DNA from: Eledone cirrhosa
Lineage: Eukaryota
Direction of reading: 5' to 3'
Length of the DNA: 64,000 nucleotides
NCBI GenBank assembly: GCA_964016885.1
Contig: OZ024741.1
Coordinates: forward strand, 337,218,001 to 337,282,000
Shown: piece after piece, positions 14,293 to 27,370 of the stretch
Layout of the letters: each line of letters starts with the position of its first letter
How positions within the stretch are numbered: the stretch's first letter is position 1
Notes under the pieces: generated by a model
Told to the model about the DNA's origin: nothing
Seen by the model: the letters and a program-made list of their open reading frames with translations, nothing else
Database searches by the model: none
Position numbers and translations under genes: made by a program

Positions 14293-14777
14293 ATTAACAC
14301 TTAGAATTTAATATTCTATCATACTATTTCATTATAATACCATTATATATTTTAAAGGATTGTAAATAAAACGAGTAAATCAGACAAAGTTGGAATTCCT
14401 CTTATTAATATATATATATATATATATGTATGTATATGTACATACATATATGTATACAGACATACAGTAGTATGTATATATATACATACATGCACACATA
14501 TATATATGTACGTATGGGTTTACCGAACATTTATTATAATGTTCGGTTTGTTTGTAAACAAACAAACAGCCCGAATTACGCTGTACAGAATTACGCTGTA
14601 ACATTATAATAAATGTTCGGTAAACCCATACGTACATATATATATGTGTGCATATATGTATATATATACATACTACTGTACGTCTGTATACATATATGTA
14701 TGTACGTATACATACATACTTTCATTTAAGTATCAGCCGTACTAAGAGTGAGAAATGAAATTTTGTTTCATTCTTTT

Positions 14778-14844
<67 letters not shown>

Positions 14845-14943
14845 CAAATATAAATTCAGCAAGAATCGCATTTCGGCGGGTAGAAAAAGCGGATATATAT
14901 ATATATATACATGACAGCTGCATAATATATATATATATGTATG

Positions 14944-15048
<105 letters not shown>

Positions 15049-15260
15049 TATGTATATATATGTATATATAAATTTATATATATGTTTATATGTGTATATA
15101 TATATATATATGTTTATATATGTATATATATATATACACATACCTATATATATGTATGCACATAAATATATATATACATATATATATATGTATATGTATA
15201 TACACATAACTATATGTTTGTATACACACAAATATATATATATACATATATATATATATG

Positions 15261-15328
<68 letters not shown>

Positions 15329-15330
15329 TA

Positions 15331-15755
15331 TCATCATCACCGTTTTACGTCCTTTCTTCCACGCAAGCAAGGGTTAGATAGGTTGTCCTGTTGTGGGCAG
15401 TCTCCGGTCGGCTGACCATGCCTTGCTCATAGAAAACTGATTCTGGCTTGATTTCTACAGCTGGATGCCCTTCCTAACACCAACCTCATTTACAGTGAGT
15501 GCTGGGTGCTTTTCTCCGTGGCGCCTACACTTAACTTTACAGTGTGGGCTGAGTGCTTTTTTTGCTGTGGCACCTCCAACACCACTTTGCAGTGGGAGAG
15601 TGTGGGGGCACTATATGCTTCAGCTTCGGTTTGTACCTGTAGGGGGTCGGGTCTTCTGTATTACTGCGTGACACCAGAGGTCATGGTCGTGTGTCATCGC
15701 CTTTGAGAGTTGTAGTTGGGTAAGGTCGGCTTTTATCACCTCATCCCAGGTCTTC
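15331..15755 (-). mobile_element. 5'-truncated RTE 3' end
   Basis: KTWDEVIKADLTQLQLSKAM plus 3'UTR and tail. Confidence 0.9.
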
Positions 15756-15777
15756 ATCGATATATATATTTGTTTTG

Positions 15778-15827
15778 CAAGGTTTTTGATAAGAAATCGT
15801 GTGTCGAAACAAATATTGTTATACTTG
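15778..15827 (+). ncRNA. Degenerate hammerhead-like variant (TTGATAA core) of a dispersed repeat family
   Basis: CAAG..TTGATAA-GA..TC-GAA-ACAA-ATA-TTGT-T-ATA-CTTG; related copies near 12938 and 47843, downstream part inverted at about 23690-23757. Stems I and II weak. Confidence 0.4.
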
Positions 15828-15913
15828 GGGGGGGTCATATTGTTATAATATTGCCAGAAATAATAACAGAACACACTCACTGTTTGGTTTGTGTTGGTTT
15901 TCACTGCTGTATC

Positions 15914-15968
<55 letters not shown>

Positions 15969-16811
15969 TTAGATGTATGTATATATGCATGGGTTTATGC
16001 ATAGTGTGCTGAATTTAGAATATATATATATATATATACCCATGCTAGCATGGAAGAACGGACGTAAAACGTTGATGATGATGATATATATATATCATAC
16101 CTTTTCATATATACGCAGATAAGCAAATATATAAATATACATGGACACACACACAGATATATTCCTTACATACTCAAATATAAGCTGAACCCATATCTTG
16201 TGTCTGACAAATGGGCAAAATTCCAAACCCCAATAATAAGCCAAGGCAACTAATCAACATATTACTTAGATGGCATATATAAAACAAATCCCCATATTAC
16301 AATCGATTTTTGGAACATATATTCCTCAGATTATATTCGAGTATATATAATACATATAAATACATGCATAGATATATCTAGATATATATCATCATCATGT
16401 TGTAGTGCACCTGAGCACAGTACACAATAATTTCATTATATTATCATCATCATTATCATCATCATTACCATTTAATGTCTATTTTTCCAAGCTTGCATGG
16501 GTTAGACTGCTTTTCACGTGTGACAAATCAGGTTTCCTTGTCTAACTCATATGGAACTGTTTCTTACTTGGTCTCTATGGTCAGATGCCTTTCCTAATGC
16601 CAACTACATTACAGCATCGGGAAAAGATATATATAAATATATATATATATATATAAAATTTTATATAGAAATGACTTCAGCAGGACTAGAAATGGTTTCT
16701 TACAAATGAAACAGTCCTATAGAAGCCATTTTTATATTAAATTTTGTATATACTCTACTAATGTATTGTGAACTTCACTTACAGTGGTTACCCCCAATTG
16801 AATCTCGGACT

Positions 16812-16899
<88 letters not shown>

Positions 16900-17019
16900 A
16901 TGGTAGCTATGATGCTTCCATGGGCGGTATGCCAGTTGAGCACTCTATGTTCTTACAGAGCAGAGTGTGATATAATATAAAACGAAATATCAGTGATGCA
17001 TCCGAACTCAATTTATTGT

Positions 17020-17107
17020 GTGTTACAATTGTTTCGCCGGCAGACAGCTCGAGACGTGATCATTGTATGGATCTGTCTGATTCTGGACCCGCAGGTTCGT
17101 CGGACAC
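17020..17107 (-). ncRNA. Hammerhead variant (CCGACGA core) with extended stem II
   Basis: Minus strand GTGT-CCGACGA-ACC..CAGACAG..CTGTCTG-CCGGC-GAA-ACA-AT-TGT-A-ACAC, followed by AATAAA. Confidence 0.65.
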
Positions 17108-17111
17108 TTGT

Positions 17112-17146
<35 letters not shown>

Positions 17147-17212
17147 AAATATACATATACATATATATATATACATATATATTCATATATATATATGTAT
17201 ATATATATATAT

Positions 17213-17252
<40 letters not shown>

Positions 17253-17330
17253 CATGGAAGATAGAAGTTAAGCAATGATGATGATGATATATATATATAT
17301 ATATGTATATATATACATACACACATATAT

Positions 17331-17372
<42 letters not shown>

Positions 17373-17483
17373 ATATATATATATATACATACATATTTAT
17401 ATCTATATATCTATATATATATATATACATATATATATATACAATGATATTAAATAAATGGAAATTATATTTATAAAACCATT

Positions 17484-17546
17484 TATTTTATTATATATAT
17501 TTCAAGTGTACCAAGCCACATTGGTACACTTTCATCAGATAAAATA
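17484..17546 (-). ncRNA. Type I hammerhead motif with perfect 11-bp stem II
   Basis: Minus strand TATTTTAT-CTGATGA-AAGTGTACCAA-TGTGGC-TTGGTACACTT-GAA-ATA-TA-TAT-A-ATAAAATA. Confidence 0.85.
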
Positions 17547-17640
17547 CAAAGTTTGAGACATACCCATCTAGCCAGTGAATTTCCAACCGATAAGGTATGA
17601 TATTCATGGGTATGTCTCTATTTATAAAACAAACTTTGTA

Positions 17641-17698
17641 TTTTATCTGATGAAAGCATACAATGTGGCTTGGTACCCTTGAAATATATATAATAAAA
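17641..17698 (+). ncRNA. Type I hammerhead motif, same family as 17484-17546
   Basis: TTTTAT-CTGATGA-AAG..CTT-GAA-ATA-TA-TAT-A-ATAAAA; stem II partly decayed. Confidence 0.75.
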
Positions 17699-17863
17699 AA
17701 ATATGGTTTTATAAATATAGTTTCCATTTATTTAATATCATTAAATATTTACTCCAGTAAACTGTTGAGTGCTCTAAATCAGTTATAAACATTTATATTT
17801 GTTGGACTTCTAACAAATTAAATACCCCTTCTACTTACATATATATATATACACACACACATA

Positions 17864-18131
17864 TCATCATCATTCATTTCATTTTACGTCCGTTTTTCCC
17901 TGCTTGCAAGGGTGGGACGCAAACTGATTCTAGCTTGATTTCTACAGCTGGATGCCCTTCCTAACACCAACCTTATTTACAGTGTGGGCTGGGTGCTTTT
18001 TTGCCGCGGCACCTCCACGACCACTTTGCAGTGGAATGATAGGGAACCCAGTCCCTATTTTCTCATTTCTACAGCTGAGTAAACTGGAGCAATGTGAAAT
18101 AAAGTGTCTTGCTCAAGGAGACAACACATCA
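17864..18131 (-). mobile_element. SINE family A copy lacking the tRNA head
   Basis: Matches family A until 18131. Confidence 0.85.
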
Positions 18132-18177
18132 CAAAAAAAATAAGACTCCAGTTGCATTTTCGATTTCATCTTTTTTT

Positions 18178-18237
<60 letters not shown>

Positions 18238-18275
18238 ATAAGACTCCAGTTGCATTTTCGATTTCATCTTTTTTT

Positions 18276-18313
<38 letters not shown>

Positions 18314-18977
18314 AAAAAAAGATGAAATCGAAAATGCAACTGGAGTCTTATTTTTTTTTTTAAATATATATATTTATTTGGTTCCTTTACCGGTTTCGCA
18401 GTTCTTCTGCTTTTCAAAAGTAGAGTTGAGATGGAAGGTCTGTGGTTTTTCTCACATCTGGTTGGTCTCTGAATGTTACTTGTTTTATATGGAAAAAGTG
18501 GCTCGAAATGCCAGGTTTTTCGAGAAGTAATTTGATTGGTTGGTCAATAATTATAATACATTTTGCGCCAGTTCGCATTACAATAGTTCTTCAAATAAGA
18601 GGGGGGGGGGGTGTCATAGGTTGTTTTTTCATATATGAGTGTTTGAATTTCTTTTTACTTGAAAAAAGGGGCTCACGAAGGCTTTTTTTAAAAATAAGTG
18701 TAATTTGATTGGTTATAAATGAAATTATGGCTGTCACGTGAACAAGTTTTCTTTAAATTTCCGCGCCCTTATTTGGAAATCCATTCTGTAGCCTTTTTAG
18801 AGAATTTTATGATAAGTAAAAGATAATGGTCAAGAGAAATGGGATGGGAGAATTGTTCTGGTTCAGTGAATATGGTTAGTTCGCTGGGGTGTCAGAATTC
18901 AGATTTTCTATTGAATAAAGAAAGTGAAGATATGTATGCGTTATGGTCCACCTGGTTCCTTACCACATTTCCTTCAT

Positions 18978-19022
<45 letters not shown>

Positions 19023-19422
19023 GTATATACATTAAATATATATATATATATATAAACATATATATATATATATATATAAACATATATATATATATATATA
19101 TATATACATATGTATATACATTAAATAAGAAATCCGAGTGTTCAGACGGAATTTGAAATATTTATTTTGTCTTACACATGGCTTAACAAATGAAATGTAA
19201 AGATACGGTAAGTCAAAGATTCTCAGTTAAGTAAGATTCCACTGTAGTGAATTTAATACATCTATTATGTATGTGGTATAAACAACAGATATTTACTGTT
19301 TCATTTGTTTTTACAGAGACATTTAAATATCATCATCATCTCATCATCATCTTTGTTTAACGTCCATCTTCCACGCTAGCATGTGTGAATATATATATAT
19401 ATATACACACATATATATATAT

Positions 19423-19498
<76 letters not shown>

Positions 19499-19587
19499 GT
19501 GTATATATTTATTAATATAACAGATTAAAGTTTAAGCAAATTTTATTATTATTACTATATATGTATATATATATTTTTATATACATA

Positions 19588-19619
<32 letters not shown>

Positions 19620-20051
19620 GTAATAATAATTAAAATCCAAAGAGGGCTCGATAAGCGATTCTTTGCTTAAACTTTAATCTGTTATTTTAATAAATATATA
19701 TATATATATATTTATACATATATATACACACACCCACACACACATATATATATATATATATATTTAAAATCGAGGTCTAGCAAATAGAGAAAAAGTTTTA
19801 AAATAAATTTTTAAAAATGAAACCGCAGTAAAGGCACATAGTAAGTACAGCAAATTTTTTTTAATTTATTTTAAAACTTTTTCTCTATTTGCTAGACCTT
19901 GATCTTATATGTTCTGGCTTGTTAATTTATTAACTCGCCATAGAACCACATTGGCATACGGTTAGATAATACTTGTTTCCCTATATGTATTTTTTACACG
20001 TAGGAATTCATACTTTATTATATATATATATTTATATATATATATATATTT

Positions 20052-20420
20052 TTAAAAAAAGAAAAGAATGACTTCACTTGTAGTTCTAAGCAATTTGATT
20101 TAATTTTATAATATTATGATTATACAATTTGGTTTTATAGATCTAGTAAGTTCTTTGTTAACTTCGGTGGGGAGATTTTTAAAGATTCCAGGTTAACTTT
20201 CTAGGAGAACTTTCCCGCATTTGTTGGTGACAATCGCTACTGACGAATGCGAAAAAGTTCTCCAAGAAAGGTAACCAGGAATCTTTAAAAATCTCTCCAC
20301 CGAAGTTAACAAAGAACTTACTAAATCTACAAACAAAACCAAATTGTAAAATCATGATATCATAAAATTAAATTAAATTGCTTAGAACTACAAGTGAAGT
20401 CCTTCTTTTCTTTTTTTTAA
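20052..20420. repeat. Diverged palindrome, about 180-bp arms
   Basis: gacttcacttgtagttctaagcaattt...gttaacttcggtgg...tttttaaagattcc mirrored around about 20232 with scattered mismatches. Confidence 0.9.
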
Positions 20421-20722
20421 ATATATAAATATATATATATATATATGTAGGAGATGTATTTAAATTGTTGGAATTCCGACAAACATAAATGTGTATAACT
20501 GATATAGAGCACTGGAGTAAATATTAAGAGATAATAATAAATGGAAACTATATTTATAAAACCATATTTGTTTTATTATATATATTTCAAATATATATAA
20601 TAAATATTTTATTATATATATTTCAAAATTTGTTTTATAAATAATGACATACCCATGGAAACACTTCGGACCATTAAGGTGTGATTTCCATGGGTATGTC
20701 ATTATTTATAAAATAAATTTTG

Positions 20723-20787
20723 TATTTTATCTGATGAAAGCGCACCAAGAATTGCTTGGTTGCCCTTGAAATATATATAATAAAATA
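20723..20787 (+). ncRNA. Type I hammerhead motif, same family as 17484-17546
   Basis: TATTTTAT-CTGATGA-AAGCGCACCAAG-AATTG-CTTGGTTGCCCTT-GAA-ATATATAT-A-ATAAAATA; a further decayed copy (CTGATGT) lies at about 20954-21014. Confidence 0.75.
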
Positions 20788-21109
20788 AATATGGTTTTAT
20801 AAATATAGTTTCCATTTATTATTATCTCGGTATATATATATATATATGTGTAGAAGAGATATTTAATTTGTTGGAAATCCAACTTTCCAGCAATAACTAG
20901 AACCATTAAGGTATATTATCTTTGGTCATGTCAAATATTTATAAAACATTTTGTATTTTATCTGATGTTAACGTACAAAAATTTTTGGTACCCTTGAAAT
21001 ATATATAATAAAATAAATATGGTTTTATAAATATAGTTTCCATTTATTTAATATCATTGTATATATATATATATATATATGTACAAATAAATGTATATAT
21101 ATATGTATG

Positions 21110-21208
<99 letters not shown>

Positions 21209-21427
21209 ATGTGTGTGTGTATATATATATGTATATATATATATATAATTATGTCTCATATAAAATAATACAACTGGCTTTCCGCAAAATACATATAGTT
21301 AGCACCCCAAACGTAAAATTGGGATTATACTAAGGTATATCCTAATGTTTGTTGAGTGAGATGGAAGCCAGTCAGAGTATAGCTTAAAGCTTTCTCTGTT
21401 AATGTATTGAGTATATATATATATATT

Positions 21428-21591
<164 letters not shown>

Positions 21592-21620
21592 AAAGAATAG
21601 AGGTGTAACACACAAGTTAT

Positions 21621-22145
<525 letters not shown>

Positions 22146-22479
22146 CAGTGTACGCCCGGCATCCGCGGTCCTGGTTATTTGCGGAATTTTCCTCAGAACC
22201 TAACTAATAATTGTTCAGGGAAACCACCGTATATTTGCGAAATCGTAAATAATACCTTCACCAATTTTTGAAGGTATTTGTCGTGGAAATATATATAGTT
22301 TTCTACTCTTTTTAAAGCTAAATTATTAATAACATTATACCATATTTGCCGGCCTATATTTACATTGTGTTTTGGAGTTTATAGGCATTTTTATGGACCA
22401 CGTCCACTATTCGTGGTTTTTCTTTCTTCGCGGGTGCTCTAGGAACATAACCCCCCATGAATACTGGGGGACAACGGTA
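22146..22479 (+). mobile_element. pogo/Tigger-like MITE
   Basis: TA-flanked degenerate TIRs CAGTGTACGCCCGGCATCCGCGG / CCCCATGAATACTGGGGACAACGG; inverted homologous copy at 3921-4279. Confidence 0.65.
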
Positions 22480-22874
22480 TATATATATTCTAGGGGTGAA
22501 TGTACAAGCACATGTGTGATAACGCATGGGGTAAATATGACGGGGGGAAAGGGTAGAGAAGTAAGTATGAACGTATATGTGTAATATTTGAGAAATTGGG
22601 GAAGGGAGTCAAATCCATGAGGGAAACAGGACCCAAGGTGGAAAATCAGACTCTGTTCAATCCTGATGCATGAACCGATTGTGTTGTCATTTCTGTTTAC
22701 TTTTTACATATATATATTTTTATATATGTGTGTGTATATTGTATATGTATTTATTTATATACATAGAGAGTTGTGTATGTATATTTATCTATATATATAT
22801 ATATATGTGTGTGTATGTATATATATATATATGTATGTATATTTATCTATATATATTTATATACATATATATAC

Positions 22875-22906
<32 letters not shown>

Positions 22907-23293
22907 GTATGTATATATATACATATATATATATGTATGTATATATATATATTGAGCTCTGCCATCAGAGTTTTCTTATATATGTACACATGTAGATGTT
23001 ATATTATAAATATATATAGATATATTTCTTTATTTACCATAAAGGTATTTATAAATATATATAGATAGATACATATATACGTATAAACATATCATATACT
23101 GATGCATAGATATATATTATATATATTCTTTTTATAAAGGCTGAATAGTGAATCTTGTTACTCCGGAGTCTTGCCTGTTTATCACAGGGTCATCAGGCAT
23201 ATGTATAGTTATATATTTATGTACATATATATATTCATAAATATACAGTATATATTATATGTGTGTGTGTGTCTATATATATATATATATGTT

Positions 23294-23335
<42 letters not shown>

Positions 23336-23338
<3 letters not shown>

Positions 23339-23640
23339 TCATCATCATTATCATTTTACGTCCGCTTTTTCCTGCTTGCAAGGGTGGGACGGGTAATATT
23401 CAGCACAGCATCTCTCCACTCGTCATGGTCCTTCGTCATCTCCACCGTGAGCTTCAGCAATCTGAGGTCTGTTCTCACCACCTCCGCCCATGTTTTTTGT
23501 GGTCTACCTCTACCACGTCTTCCTTCAACTAGCATTTCCTGGCACTTCTTCATCCATCGGTCATCCTCCATGCGCATCACATGTCCATACCACCTCAGTC
23601 TCCTCTCCCGTACACTACATTCTATCCCTCTCAGACACAA
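23336..23640 (-). mobile_element. RTE 3' end, second family
   Basis: RERRLRWYGHVMRMEDDRWMKKC..GRRGRGRPQKTW; its terminal CCCACCCTTGCAAGCAGG is also the terminus of SINE family A. Confidence 0.88.
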
Positions 23641-23779
23641 CAGAACAAATTCGCTTCTTAATACAGAAGCGAAAATCATTCTAAACCAAACTGAGTGTGT
23701 TTTATTATTATTTCTGGCAATATTATAACAATATGACCCTCCCCAAATATAACAATATAAACGCATACATATATATATA

Positions 23780-24230
23780 AAATAATAATAATAAAATGAT
23801 TGTGTACAGTGCTCAGGTGCACTACAACTCATCAACAGTGCATGTACAGTACATAGAATAATGTACATATGTCAAGAAAGTGAACAGTGCATGGGATCAT
23901 GTTATACGTGTGCTTGTGTATAGGCGAGGGATATCAGGTGTAGTGTTGGCGAATTTCAGGAGGCATGGAGGTTTTAAAGGATGCAGTGTTCTGGCAGCTA
24001 ACAACTGATGCTGGCAGTTTGTTCCATGCTTCAGCAACTCTGAGCGTGAAAAAATGTTTCTGAAAGTCATGGGAGCTGTGCTGTTTTCTGACTTTGTAGG
24101 CATACCCTTGGGTGCTAGACACATGGAATTAAAAAAGGTGTTCAGAGTTGTTGTTGGCAAGATGGTTAATAATTTTGTGGGTGTTTACCAAGTCATTTGC
24201 CAGACATCAAAGCTTCTATGTATCCATGCC
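23780..24230 (-). mobile_element. CR1/L2-type LINE 3' end
   Basis: KHFFTLRVAEAWNKLPASVV..TASFK is the typical C-terminus of CR1/L2 ORF2; related pieces at about 29124-29380 and 46310-46800. Confidence 0.8.
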
Positions 24231-24410
24231 TAGGGAAGCAAAGCATTCAGAGTATGGTAGATGCCTGATGGATGTATCATACTGAAATATATTGGGTAAA
24301 ATATCCTTTGCCTTTTATATATTTCAACTGTATATACATACATAAACATGCACACACACACATATATATAAATTTCGGTGTTGTTTTCACAAACATATTG
24401 CCATGAAATC

Positions 24411-24459
<49 letters not shown>

Positions 24460-24507
24460 TACATACATACATACATACATACATACATACATACATACAT
24501 ACATACA

Positions 24508-24555
<48 letters not shown>

Positions 24556-24556
<1 letters not shown>

Positions 24557-24890
24557 GGAGGCACATGGCTTAGTGGTTAGAGCATTGGCCTTGCAATCGA
24601 AAGGTTGTGAGTTCAATTCTCAGACCGGGTGATGTGTTGTTTCCTTGAGCAAGACACTTTATTTCACATCGCTCCAGTTTACTCAGCTGTAGAAATGAGA
24701 TGATAGGGACTGGGGTCCATATCATTCCACTGCAAAGTGGTCGTGGAGGTGCCACAGCAAAAAAGCACCCAGCGCTCACTGTAAATGAGGTTGGTGTTAG
24801 GAAGGGCATCCAGCTGTAGAAATGAAGCTAGAATTAGTTCCCGTCCCACCCTTGCAAGCAGGGAAAAAGCAGACATAAAATGAAATGATG
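24556..24890 (+). mobile_element. SINE family A: tRNA-derived head + central domain + RTE-derived tail
   Basis: A-box TGGCTTAGTGG, B-box GAGTTCAATTC, CCTTGAGCAAGACACTTT..CAGCTGTAGAAATGAG domain (MetaSINE-like), then sequence matching the RTE 3'UTR at about 34670-34810. Confidence 0.88.
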
Positions 24891-25070
24891 ATAATTGTTT
24901 CTACTTTTGGCACAAGGCCAGCAAATTACCCAGTTCATTACTGGTACTTTATTTTATCGACCCCATAAGGATGAAAGGCAAAGTTAACCTCGGCGGAATT
25001 TGAACTCAGACCATAAAGGGCCGTAACTCTTTGCTGCAAAGCATGGCGTCCGACCCTCTACCGATACTGC

Positions 25071-25126
<56 letters not shown>

Positions 25127-25367
25127 AGTAATATATATACATATAGATACATATATATATGCATATATATATATAGAGAGAGAGAGAGGGGGGAGAGAGA
25201 AAAAGAGAGAGAGCTATTTAAGTGAATATGTAAATGTCCTCATTAGAACAAATTTCACTGCAGTTGATTGAGGTTAAATGCAAATGAATTCATAATTGAT
25301 ATGAGCGATATAATCACATCTATCTACATATCCATGCATGAAAATTCTCATTTCTCTTTTAATTAAT

Positions 25368-25403
<36 letters not shown>

Positions 25404-26759
25404 TTTGATCATATTTAATTACCACACAGTCTAGTGTAAGCAAGTCTTGATGAAAATATGAAATTCTGTTTTTAATGAGTTTCTCTCTCCTTTTCTTGAA
25501 AATATTCTATATTTCTCTTTGTTGCTCTATTCTAACACACAGTTGACTAACAAAATGTTTTAATAAATTTCACACATTTCCCAATGGATTTTTATTACAC
25601 CTTATTCAGTGTAAATCTATTAGTGGTTAGTGATATTTCATTCTGATTAACTGTGGATCATGCTTGTGAGGTCTTTATTTTTCTTACAATTCATCACTAC
25701 AAGTAACATATTTTATACAAGACTCAGCTGAAAAGTTCATACAAATACATACACATACACACATATGAGGGTCAGCTATTGAAAAATAAACCTCATTTGG
25801 TCATCCCATGAGAGTATCTTGGTCAGCCTATGAACTTTTCAGCCAACCCTTGTAAAATTGTAAGATTATACAATTACTATTATTATCTAATGTTCAGAAT
25901 GCTTATTACAGTAATGTAGTTTCTATTAATTCTTTTAAAGCATATTTTATGGGGTTTTTTTTTTTAATGTATATATTCAAAAATGTGTAATGTATGCCGT
26001 TAATGGCTGTTTACTTGTACCCAGTCTTCTCAGTGAAATGACTGTCTCTGCTAGACAATATCTCCCATTACAGAAAATTACATTAACCACTATGTAGCAA
26101 AATGACTAGTTTCATCAGTAGCTGTTCATTATTATTTTTTTGTTTTTTGTTTTTGTTTTATTCTTTTTCCTTTTAAAGAATTTTTTTCTAGATATTTCCT
26201 TTTGAATTTATTCATCTATATTTTTTATACCGTTTTTGAAGTTACATTACTTTTATCATCAATGATATAAATGTTATTATTATTCTTCATGGCTTAAAAG
26301 CTTCTGTAAACACTGTGGACTGATAATAATCTCTGTCTGCGTGTGCCTAAGATGTAATTCTGTTGGATTAGACACATCATGAGAGCATTAGAAAAATGTG
26401 CTACTGTTATTTTTGCTTATGGCTTTTTATGTTCTGAATTCTAATCCCAATATTGTCATCTTTGTCTTTTCCCCCTCTGGGTTAATTAATAAAATGAAGT
26501 AATTGTCAAATATTGGGTGAGATTTAACTTTTAATGTCTTGTACCACATAAAAATATATTAGCAAAAATATTCTTGAAAAAAACGACAACATTACATTAG
26601 TAAGTACTTTAATACTGCAAAGTTTCATGACAATCTGTCAACTAGTAAAGATATTATAAACATTTGAATTAACAAACCTATTTTTAGATATTTTCTGCTA
26701 AATGTTAAGAGGTTTTCTTCTTCACCCACTTATTCTAGAGGCTTCTATCATAAAGAATC

Positions 26760-27370
26760 ATCTCAAATTTATCTGACTGGATGTTATCTAGTCATCTTGC
26801 TTGTCTGCCAGTTGGCTTTTTCTGTAAAGTCTGTCCTTTGATTCTTTCATTAGACATTCTAACCACATGTCTGTAATATCAGAACTGTGATCTCTTGATT
26901 CAGAGAAGTAGCAGCACTACTTGGAGTCCCTCACTGATCGCCAAGCTATGCACCCTATCAAATAACACTTCAAAAACCCTTCCGTGGAACCCCATTTTGC
27001 CACTTGTATTTGTGTTTATATTCTAAGGGTAGGCATATTATAAGGGTAGGCATATTCTAAGGGTAGGCAACAACATTAATTTGAAGATAGCAAGTTTAGC
27101 TCTTACATCTACCTCCCTTCTTCTGATGACTGAGCACTGAAACTGGCACATTATTGCACCAGCTCCTGCAATTCTTGTATTTAATTCAGACTCCTGCCTT
27201 CCTTCAATCATGAAAACAGCTCTGAGATATTTGAACATCTCCTTCTGCTTTAGTGTTACTCCACTCACATTCAAAACACACTGTACAGGTTTTCTCGGGA
27301 GGACAACTATCTCAATCTTTCCAGCATTGAATTTCCTACTTTCCTTCCAGCACTTAGCATTAATCATATT
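26760..27370 (-). mobile_element. Old degraded RTE fragment
   Basis: FKYLRAVF..GRQESELNTRIAGAGA..AKLAIFK..LPTL in ORF 27038-27367. Confidence 0.7.

Larger units (their letters stand above)
14022..14412. repeat. Perfect palindrome, about 195-bp arms, 1-nt centre (14217)
   Basis: Arms are exact reverse complements as read by eye; flanked by (AG)n/(TA)n. Confidence 0.95.
17444..17740. repeat. Imperfect palindrome carrying two opposed hammerheads
   Basis: atgatattaaataaatggaaa...gagacataccca / tgggtatgtctc...tttccatttatttaatatcat. Confidence 0.9.

Noticed and set aside
24559-24632. tRNA gene
   Set aside because: A and B boxes present but the cloverleaf does not close; it is the SINE head, repeated several times.
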